Assembly: GCA_010909165.1 (NCBI GenBank)
Contig: MU008191.1
Span: 558,001-622,000 of the forward strand
From: Anthoceros angustus
Taxonomy: Eukaryota; Plantae; Anthocerotophyta
Direction: 5' to 3'
Length of the DNA: 64,000 nt
Below the pieces are notes generated by a model that saw only the letters and a list, made by a program, of their open reading frames with translations, ran no database searches and was not told where the DNA came from. Shown one piece after another: positions 12,700 through 22,745 of this stretch; positions within the stretch are counted from its first letter, which is position 1; each line of letters begins with the position of its first letter. The position numbers and the translations under genes are program-made.

Positions 12700-13610
12700 C
12701 TGTGCCATCAATTACACACACTTGCCTTCTTACACACACTTGCCACCTCCCAAACTTGAGAGGTTGTCTGTTGACGAGAACTCTGAGGAAACTGATACAA
12801 TCACGAAAGCATGGAAGTTAGTCTGCCTGACATCTAGTATAACCTTAGCGCTAGAAACGATAGCCACACCAAAAATTCCTGCACCCCTTACTTGTCCGCC
12901 TCTTTCTCTCTGGCAAAAGTGAGAAATGCAGTCCCTTTCCAAGTTGTTTCTCTTCTCTTGTCGTCTCCTAGAATAATGGGGGGAATGTGCAGAAGGCCTT
13001 GCACACCTCGAAGAGCTGTACGCAAATCCCTCTCCACATCCCTTTTCATAGGCAAATTGCTCACCTTAACCACAAATCCAGGGGATGGCTCACCAACTGC
13101 ATACAGTGCAACAGCAGCTCCGTCGCTATCTCTCTTACCACACACATCCTGCACTGAAGTTCCACCACGCGTCCCAAGCCTGCTTTTGTTGGATCCTTAG
13201 CAAGCTTCTCACTGCCGCCTCTCCTCCTATTTTTTCCAGCTGCCTCCGCTATTTTGTCTCGCTCAATCCCCTCAACCAGCTTGGATTCCAAGAACAGGTC
13301 GTAAGTGACTCCTGCACCGAACCCCGCAGGCTTGTTCTGCATCCATTCTTGCATGGACTCCAATTCCTCTCCTTCATCCTCCTCCTCCTCTTCTCCATCC
13401 TTCTTCATCAACCGCAAAATCCAGACTATACAAGGCGTACACTTATTCCCCCTTCACAGCCAGACAAATCCGCCGCCGTACATCCAGCGGCCACTTGGAA
13501 GCTGCAATTCCTCCCGCACAAGAGATCTTCCACGGGAAGTGCGGCAGCACCTCTGGATTGGCACAAACTTGGCGCAATCCAGCTACACAAGCAATGGCTA
13601 AAGCCGCCAT
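12700..13610 (-). CDS. RBD1-like chloroplast RRM RNA-binding protein; exon boundaries and 3' end uncertain
   Basis: Transit-peptide-like start MAALAIACV (ATG 13610); acidic tract then EWMQNKPAGFGAGVTYDLFLESKLVEGIE; RRM GFVVKVSNLPMKRDVERDLRTAL...KGTAFLTF. Recalled similarity to Arabidopsis RBD1 (At1g70200). The segments lie in different frames, so introns or indels are needed. Confidence 0.7.
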
Positions 13611-14285
13611 CGCCGAACCTCCACCACCTCCAACCACGCAGTTACAGTTATTAGGGATCTCCCGTTTCAAACCTCTTCCCAGGAAGGCGGAGCAGGTATT
13701 AAGGAAAGCCTGTTCAAAGTGAGATGGCCTCGAGCGCCCCACTCGGCACGCCAGGCATCCGCTCCACAAATTTCTACTGAGAGGCTTATAAAGGTGGCTT
13801 CACACATACTGTCCGGTCACATATCATTCTCGTGATTGGTATTCTGACAACAAGATTGGGGGCAACCCCCTTTGGCTCTTGGCCCCTCAATGGGTTGTCC
13901 CCTCGGTTTGGGGAAGATGGGTTTTCTATCTCTTCTATTTAATAAAGTCTTCATATATATATGATATGACTCCAGTGTGAGAGTTTACATCCACCAAAAG
14001 GTTAGGTGCAAACCGTAGACCGAGAAGTGTTAGAATACTTCTAATAAGCTTATATTGCATATCTTAAATATTTTACTTTATTTTAAAAATACATCTTAAA
14101 TTTATGACACTGGTTTTCAAAGTGTCTAGGATTTAGATATGTGAAACTTCAAGTTGGTCATGTTTTTTACGACCTGGAATAAACTTGACTAGAGAGCATG
14201 ATTGAGCAAACATGTATCAATCGACCGTAAGACCACCAGGTTCGTTCATTCTAATCATGGCACAAACTATGCCCTAAATCAACAA

Positions 14286-14374
14286 CCCTCTTTCTCCCTC
14301 TGTGTTGGTGAAGTTACAACGACTACTAAGTCCCTCTTTCTCCCTTTGTGTTGGTGAAGTTACAACGACTGCCA
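14286..14374. repeat. 46-bp direct duplication in a TE-like region
   Basis: CCCTCTTTCTCCCT(C/T)TGTGTTGGTGAAGTTACAACGACT at 14286 and 14332. Confidence 0.85.
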
Positions 14375-15384
14375 AGGGCGTGGGGTCTGCGAGTGGGACA
14401 AAGTGAGCACCTAGCAGTGATCCCACGTCCTTCTCGGAAAGTAATTGTTGGACTCTGTTTGATGGATCCGTCCGGGAGCCCGCGACGAGTTTTAAATAGA
14501 GTTGTTGCGAACCGCCCTTATCTGCAGCAAGGGGCATATGTTCCTTGGTACACTAGCGTTTGAGTTTGCGGATTCTTCAACAAATCTAGGTTGCTTGCGT
14601 CGTTGTTGTGGTCATTTCAGTTGCAGTAGGATCCATCCACTGCATCACGCGTTGCTGTTGTTAGAGTTGTTTAACTCGGTTCCTGTGATGCTGAGAATTT
14701 TGCTGAATTTGTGAGCGTAGTTGGAGGCGAAATTTGGGTGCTCCTCCTTCCCCACAATTTGGCATGCTTGCAATTCAATGTGGATGGAGCAAGCTTGGAC
14801 TCATAAACTCTACAACAAACTAATGGTCAGTTCAGATTATTAGTAGGCATTTTGGAGTCCAAGGTAAGCTCTTTGCCTGGTAGCGCAAAGTTTCCTGCTA
14901 TGACTATGGGTGCTTCGGGAATGTAAGGTAATAAGGTTGGAGTGAACGTTTATGAGCCTCGCACTAATACAAATTGAGTATGTGTTCTATCAACATGCAC
15001 GTGCGATTTATGCTATGGCGTTCAACTAACCGGAGACTCGCTCTACGGGTGGTGGGGCGCTATTAGCACGCGGCAACATTTCAATGAGTGATTACATTGT
15101 TTTGTTTGCTGTATTTGTCTAGGATCTCCCTATGAGTTCTGAAAGGAGTTGTTTGTTGCTTTCCTCATGTCCACCATAACACAAGGATGGCCCAACACCT
15201 CTTGGTCCCAAGCTAGTCAGCCTAAGGGTATATGACAACTTTGCCAAGTTAATTACGTGCAATGCAGTTTTATTCATATATATCCTCAACAACTTGTACC
15301 TGTGGGTATGGAGAAGAGGTTGCACAAGAGTATGAAGGGGTTGCCTAGTGGCGGTATATGTTTAAATCAAAAGTCAAGTATCAC

Positions 15385-15430
15385 CACTAGAAAAACATGT
15401 ATTTTACTACAGATTTTACTACAAAATTTA
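15385..15430 (+). mobile_element. Possible CACTA (En/Spm) left terminus
   Basis: CACTAGAAAAA followed by repeated TTTTACTAC subterminal motifs in AT-rich DNA. No matching right end found. Confidence 0.4.
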
Positions 15431-16152
15431 CCACATTTTGACAACAAGTGTTGTAAAAGAGGGTGTAGCAAACACATAGATAATATAACAAGATATTACA
15501 ATAATATTTATTACTAGATATTTACTACTATACTTTACAATAGAACTTTTACTTTTATTTAGTACAATAGGCCATTTTTAACTAGATATCACAACCTTAA
15601 ACATTACACTCCTACACCGAGCAATGTGCTCATTTTAAACACCTTGATGAAAATACAAGGAAACTATGTTGAATATGCTGAAGTGGCGGGTGAAATAATT
15701 TCTAAAGAGATGCCTTGAATGTGAGGATTTGAGGTTAAAGTAGTAAATAAAACTCAGACATTGAGGATTACAGTTTGGGATCTTGTAAGGCAGTTGCTTC
15801 AATTTTATGTTCACTTTATTTATTTGGTGGTTTCGTATGGAAGACCTTGGAGTTCGGTCTCCCATCAAAGAGTTGACAACAATTAGCCCACTCGAGCATT
15901 GAAAAGGTTGCAATAAATTAAACGAACGTTGGTCCAAGAGCTCTTTTTGATGGACAACCCTTTGAGAATGACATGAAAATGTGAAGGAGTCCTATGTTGT
16001 GCTGAATATGTCCACCCCCAATTGTGTTGTTCTAGAGCAGCCAACAGCCGTAATTTGTTTATTGTTGAGATCTAGGGAGGATGTCCATCGCACTATGAGT
16101 GCCTTGACTTAATGGATGATAAAATTTCTTTCTAGGGAGGACGCCCATCCCA

Positions 16153-16506
16153 TTATCGATGGAATAACATGATTTTTTATACGTAAGGAGGATGTGTGTC
16201 CATTTGGCCCAAGCCATTTGGACACACATTTATAAGAACGCTGTGATTAAGCATCCTGAGCGTAAGGAGGATGTGTGTCCATTTGGCCTAAGCTATTTGG
16301 ACACACGTTTATAAGAAAGCTATGATTAAGAAAGCTATGATTAAGCATCTTGAGCTTAGATGGGTACTTAGATAGGGTGCCTAAAGGGAGTGGATGCCCT
16401 TGGTGCAAATAGCTTAGGCACACCATGGAACAAGTTGTTAAGTACCAAGTCCCACGAGGGAAATCCGTCCTTAGTGGACTTAAATAAAATTCTTCTTCTT
16501 CTTCTT
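16153..16506 (+). mobile_element. Non-LTR retroposed element (SINE or 3' end of an RTE-like LINE) with (TTC)n tail, copy 1
   Basis: Ends ...GTGGACTTAAATAAAA(TTC)6. Flanked by CATCCCA at 16146-16152 and 16507-16513 (7-bp TSD). Internal ~80-bp duplication. Homologous to 31340-31555 and 54025-54113. Confidence 0.75.
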
Positions 16507-16745
16507 CATCCCACTCTGCATTCGCGCGTGGGCCATTTAACGGAAACTTCATGCATGACTTTCCACCCCAATTGGCTTGGGTGCCATTGAAAGCTCGAGG
16601 CCCAATCTCCGGGGTGCAACTCATGGCTGATGCGAACTCATGTAGTATTTGTACTCACCTCTTCTCGATCAACAAAACAGGGTATGCAGATACAACGTTA
16701 TTATGTACATGTAATACATTGTTGATGATCTGTGACATAATTTTG

Positions 16746-17437
16746 TCAGCATCTGTGGAGCCGCATATGTGGAGCCGCACCTGTTCTGCCAAGCAAGATG
16801 ACCAGAAGTTCCGCTGCATACGGATCAAAAACAGCAATGGCACCTGCCAGGACTCTTGCTCCGAGTCCAACTATGTCCCATCTGTCCAGCAGCTTAGCAA
16901 ATGCCTCTGCATCTCTCACAGCCTGCCGTAATAACACGAAATTGCAGTGTCACGAGATCCGTCTGTCCCGCCCCAAGCCCTGTTAGGCTATTCTTTATGT
17001 CAGCGCTCACCGCATCAAGATCCGATATGAAACCCTGGCTCTGGATACTTATAGCTGCCGACTTGAATCTTTGCAACACCCTGCGGGTTCGCGCTGGCAC
17101 TGCAGAACCTAACCACGCTCGGCTGGCATAGGATTGTCACAAATATCAGCCTCCAATTGTCGTCTCCTTTCTTTAGCCTACCGCAAGCATAAACGCCGAT
17201 GAGCATTGCAGATGCCGATTGAGCCAGGGTAACCTCCAATTAACCACGCCACACTCAGAACCCTGACAGGGTTCCAGCCTTCCCGTCTTCCAGCCTTCCA
17301 GGATCAGATGCTTCCACCCGATGCTCCATAAAGAAACACATTGATGATGCCGCCTGTTCGTTAGCTCGCTCGCAACAGCGCACACGCGTCAGTATCACCC
17401 GCCGCTGGATCCAAGGCGTCCCAGCTGCAGGCAGCAT
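16746..17437 (-). other. Unassigned, possibly spliced small gene
   Basis: Plausible minus-strand splice sites join ...RRLCLR|VLQRFKSAAISIQSQGFISDLDA|AVRDAEAFAKLLDRWDIVGLGARVLAG. No family recognised and the 5' part is unresolved. Confidence 0.25.
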
Positions 17438-19692
17438 GGCTGCAGCAAACTCTTGTCCCTTCCGAAAACCCTGGTCTGGTTCGAACCCGGGTCCCGAACC
17501 CGAGGCCCCAGCCCGAGCCCCGAGGTTCGAACCAGCCCCCGACGATCCCGGCCACCGTCACCGGTACGCCACGTCGTGCCTGCACTTCACCGCAATTCCG
17601 GTACCGTTTTTAGGCCGGCGGACGGGAGCCCATTAATGGTACCGAACCGAAAAAAGCGGCGTCGGAGTCAAAACAGGCTCCCCAAGTTACTCCCCGACTT
17701 ACAGCCCCCACTCTACTCCACAGCCCTCTCGCCCTAGCCGAGTGGTCACCACTTTCTCTGCGTGCCAAGTGGTGTCCGGCTCGAATCCCAGTCCCGTCTC
17801 CACTGCAAAGCACGATGATTGTCGCTCGGGGAAGCGACGCAGCGTCGTCGGAAACGTTGTTGCCCTTCCAGAATAGAAACGTTCATCCTTGTTAGCCTCA
17901 ACCGTCAGCCAACCGGGTGCCCGCGCCGATGCAGTACTGCTCCAGAGTAGAATACTATGGAGAGGTTGCCCAAACCCGTACTCTCGTTCGTCCTGTCTGA
18001 ACACCAAGTGCCCGCATTGCCTGCCCTGCATGTGCGCCCGGTCAGACCCAGTGCGGCCAGCTACGGCGTCCCCAAAACCGAGATGGTTTTTCTTGGTTTT
18101 TTAAAATCTCGCTCCTCCTCCTTCTATGCGACAAAGCGGATCAAATGCATCTCTTGCTGCTGGATGCGACATATGTTTGTGCCCGGGAAGACGCAAATTT
18201 CATCAACTGGTTGTCCAAGTCGTAGGCTTACAGAGAGGCCGTACGAGGGGAAAACACCGGAAACGATGGGTGGCCAGACGGTGGTTAGCCAGTCCGTGAG
18301 AAACAGCCTATGGGCAAGCGGAAAGTCTTTTTTCAACAATATCGCGGGTGGAGGATTTGTTGGAGGCGGTACGGGCTTTCTTTGGCTACAGCACCCCTAC
18401 AGCTGGGGTGGTTAAGGATAACCGGGGTTAGTTTGGGGTTCCGGTTGCGGGTTACGGGTTGCGGCCCGGTCGTGAATGCACTAACCCCGCTTTTCGCGCC
18501 CCGAGAAGCTCCGCCTTCGCCTTCGGGACAGTCTCGAAATGCTCCCCGTCTCATCCGCGCTTGCCACTTTCACGATCGCTCTCGATCTGCCTCTTCCGCT
18601 TCGCCCGCTGCTGCTGCCGCCGCCGGCGCTGCTTTTTGGGCTCTGCTCATCTTGGGAAATTGCGCTGCGCACTGCGGCGGGATCGATTGTCGCAAGGCAG
18701 GAGCTGCGGAATGCGCTCAGCCGGCGGCGCGGTGAGTGACGGAGTGGAGGTTGCTGTGAAGGCTGCTGCCTGCAGCTGAGTTGAAATTCGGTGCTTTTGT
18801 TGCGTTGCGGATTGGTGATGTGTTGAGGCGGCGGAGAGTGGATTTGGAAACCGTGCGATGTGGAGTTCGGAGGTTTGAGTCTGCTTGCTGGAGTCTTGGT
18901 TGCGTGACGTGAACTGGGAGTGATTCGTGTCCTGGTTTGGATCCGTTTTTTTCCGAATTTCGGGCGGGGAGAGGGCTGGATTCTTGCTTTGGAGAGGTTT
19001 GTTCGTTGCTTATGGTGCGGCTACATGTGCGGGCTCTGCGTGAGTGAGGGGAACGGACGTTGAGGAATTAGGTGGATGTTGTAGTGCCTGTCGCTGGGGA
19101 GTGGCAATGTGTTGCGGTTTAAAAGGAGAGGACAGGCGGTTTTGTGGGAAATTTGGTGTGGAGAACCCCTAAAGTGTGTTTGCGCAGCTGGAGTTGCCGT
19201 GATGTGAGAAATTCTCGTTCTGCAGCCTTGCAATGGCGGGGACAAGGATAACCTATTCGATCTTTTTTCTTGCAGGATGTCATCGCGGGGTGGAGGAGGC
19301 TTTTGCGGTGTATGGGAGCTTCGTTGCGCGCGTGCTGCAGATTTTAGAGGAATGAGGGGGTTGAGTTATGGGATAGTGACTGCTGACGGTTGTCCTTCTG
19401 CTTTTCCCGCTGCTGCGCCCCAATGTCAGCTCAAGGACTCTGCTTACCCGCTGTTTTCCGGCATGGTGGATGCTTCTCAGCATGGTTAAGGACAGGCGTT
19501 GTGCGGGAAGCGGCCTTCTCACAAGCACGGACTGTTGATTGAGGCCTTTGCAGTAGTTGTACGCAAGGACACGGAAGTGTGACGGCAAGGCGTTCGGGAA
19601 GGATTTCTCACCGCCTCACGGCGGTGTGAAGGATGTTGCTGAGGAGGTGGTAGAGGTGGAGGATTGGTGTCTTTGGTGCGCATTCGTTCAGG

Positions 19693-22011
19693 ATGGCGAA
19701 AACCGCCTCTGAGAGGGATTACCAGCAGCAGATTGTGAACTCCAGCTATGCCGAGTCGGAACGGATCAAGGATGTTCGGTGCTGGACCTCCTTCTGCTCC
19801 TTCTTCTCACATCTTTTGTCGTCGGGGAATTGCTGCAGCTGCCAGGAGCAGGCCAGGGTGGAGAACAGCAGCGATGTGCTTCAATCCAGTGTCGGCGTCG
19901 CCTCCGCTCCGCACAAGGCCCTGCTCACGGCTGGCTCTGTCAACTCCACAAGGCCATTGCAGTCCAGTGCCTCGTCCAAATCTCATTCAACCACTCCAAC
20001 AGGGAAGGCCCTGGGCCGCACTGTAACAGGCACCATCTTCGGCTATCGCAAGGGCAAAGTCACTTTCTGTGTTCAGGAAGATCCCAAGGCTTCCCCGTCT
20101 CTGCTGCTGGAGCTGGCCATGCCTACTGATATTCTGGTCAGGGAGATGGCCTCGGGCCTGCTCAGAATCGCTCTGGAATGTGAGACCAAGGGCAGGGACA
20201 AGATGCAGGATGACATAGGCGGGAATGACGGATCCGTGAAGCCCGGCCCCCATAAACCATCTCCGCTCATTCTGGAGCCCGTCTGGAGCATGTATTGCAA
20301 TGGCAGGAAGGTGGGATTTGCCATTCGCCGCATTTGCTCCGAGACGGACCGTTCGGTCCTGGCTGTGATCGAGCAGGTGTGCAGTGATCTCGGCATGGAC
20401 CCTTTCACTTCCGGTCTTCTTCTGCCTGTGATGCTTCAGTCTGTGATTCTTTGTTGCTGTCCTGCTCTGCTGGTAATGCTGAGGCCGGGAATCCAGCCGG
20501 TGTTCTCGTGTTCCTTCACGAGACCATTATATCGGCGTCCGGCAGCTCTGACAAGTTTTATGCATGATGGCAATGGACAAGCATGTAGTAGACACGACGA
20601 ACAGGGTGCTGTTGAGCCACGAGGCGCGTCAGAAGACCCCGTCAGACTGGGCTCTTGACGCGAATGACGCATATATATGGACTGACGGATCGTTATGTGT
20701 CTCCTTGTGCCTTGCGTCAGGTTTCCATGGGCGCGGGCGTCATCCCCGTGGACGAGCAGCATCGGCCTGTGGTGCTGTCTCCCGACGGCCGTTCACGCTC
20801 CAAGCAGTCGTCACGGCGGACGTCCCCGGAGCGGCACCAGCGGACGGAGGGCCACCGCTGGTTTCCGTCCGTCTCCAGGTCTGCCCGGACCAGTCCGGAG
20901 CGGGAGCGCCGGATGGGAGGCCCGGGCTCCCGCGACCAGTCCTACCGCTCCTCCCCCGACCACCGGTACCAGCACGTGAACCGCGATCGTTCCTCGTACC
21001 GGTCTTCCCCGGAGCATATCCCGGTCGTCGGTCGGGAGCGACGATCGTCCCTGGACATGCGACGGGTCTCTGATGACCGTGACCTGACGCCTGTCAAGAC
21101 GCGGTCCTTCGATCGCTCTGTGCAGCATGAGCGGTAAGCTTCGTTTGCTTCCACTTTGGATGCTGATGGTTGGCTCTCGCGACATTTTCTTACTGTTTGT
21201 TGGCATGCGTGTGTCGGTGTTTGCAGTTTTGAGGATAGATTGAAAGGAGGGCACGAACGCTCCAAGAGTGGGGACAGAGCCATCTTCGAGGCTACTGACA
21301 AGTCCCCACGCCGGTCTCCCAGGTCTGGACTTGGGTGGGCTGCAACTCGGTGCTCTGAGCATTTGATTCTGCTGTGCCCACGAGGCTCATCTCTGTGTTG
21401 CTTGTCTTTTCAGGCGTGCACTTGGGTTCGAGTCTGACGGGACCACACAATTTGCCACTCCTCCGTCGAATTCCAAGTCGGACGCAAGGACCAATTCTAA
21501 GTCGGACTACGGAACTCCCGTGTCTGATGACGCCAGGAGATCGCTAGAGAGTGAGGAGGACGATGACACTGCTACCTCCCATCTACGGAGTGCTGGCAAA
21601 GCCTCTAGCAACGGGATCGGGGTCAGGGCCGTGTCCAATGGAGATTCTGCTGAAGGAGAGGTGGCCAGTGGTGTTCATGGCCCACGGTTCACCAAGATGC
21701 ACAAGGAGGACGATCATATTCCGATCAACTACCACCGCATCGACGAGCATCTGCCATTGGATAACGGGAAGGAATTTCCTATAAGGCCCTCCAAGACGGA
21801 TGTGTACAACGATCTGGATGATGATCAGTTCGGCCATCGCTTAGCGGATGGTCATATGCACAAGCCCAGTCAGGTGCCTAGCGAGGAGCTGATGTATATG
21901 AGAGCCCGGTATGAGCATGTGGTCGGCTCAGCTGATGCGGAGTCGTTTCACATGATCAACCCAGATGGAACTCCGGGCCAAGAGCTTAGCGTCTTCTTCC
22001 TCCGCATATGA
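19693..22011 (+). CDS. MIZ1: MIZU-KUSSEI 1-like (DUF617) protein with a large internal Ser/Arg/Asp-rich insertion
   Basis: GRTVTGTIFGYRKGKV...LLLELAMPT..LVREMASGLLRIALECE...EPVWSMYCNGRKVGFAIRR, then VSMGAGVIP, and the conserved C-terminus ELMYMRARYEHVVGSADAESFHMINPDGTPGQELSVFFLRI*. Introns 20377-20720 and 21134-21413, with a possible 96-nt exon at 21227-21322. Confidence 0.92.
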
Positions 22012-22745
22012 AGCCTTGTGAGGTAAGTTCTTCAACTCTTTGTTTATTTGTCGAATGCAGTGCCGCTTTGGTTTGCTTGACAAGAGCAGGCAAGGACGTC
22101 AATGTTCAAAACATGACATGATGAGAAAGGGGACTGCGTACTGATCTTTAGGTGTTGCTGTCTGTCATGTTCAGATCCTGAAATATAAGTCTGTGCAATC
22201 GTGGAGGGCTCCCGATGGTGGAAAAACAGTCGGGACATCTTTCTCCCATGACACAGATATTCTAACAGCTTCTTTGTCCCTCATCCTCGTTCCTATTGAG
22301 GGTGCAATTAGGATCCAACAACAATTTGTCCACGGAGACATGTGTATCTAGAGACCTGACCTGTTCCATAGGGTGTACACTATCATCTGCTTGGCTTACT
22401 CACCGTTGTAAGCATTTCATCCTCTTGTGCAACTTAAATGGGCATTTGACAGTCTGAGGTTGTCGTCACACCTTTGGAGCGTTCCGGCTCCCCCTCTTTG
22501 GGTCCAAATCTTATGGTGCTTTTGTCTCTCTGTTCATTTATTTACAAACGCTCTCAATAATAACTTACCCAAATTTGATTGGTTTAAGCACTGAACTCAT
22601 GCAGTGGAAGCAACCAGCTGCGAAGCGCACGAGCTAGCAGGTGTGGCATTCCCCTTCGCAGTTGTGGGAAGTAACTTAGCCCTTTCCGGTAATTGCGTTG
22701 GCATGTCGGCGGCAGTCTGTAGCCGGACACGTAATTGCTGAGTTC

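Noticed and set aside
17728-17802. tRNA-like A-box (TAGCCGAGTGG) and B-box-like (GGCTCGAATCC) with a CCACTT/AAGTGG stem
   Set aside because: Acceptor and T stems do not pair, so no cloverleaf forms. At most a degenerate SINE head, and unsupported.
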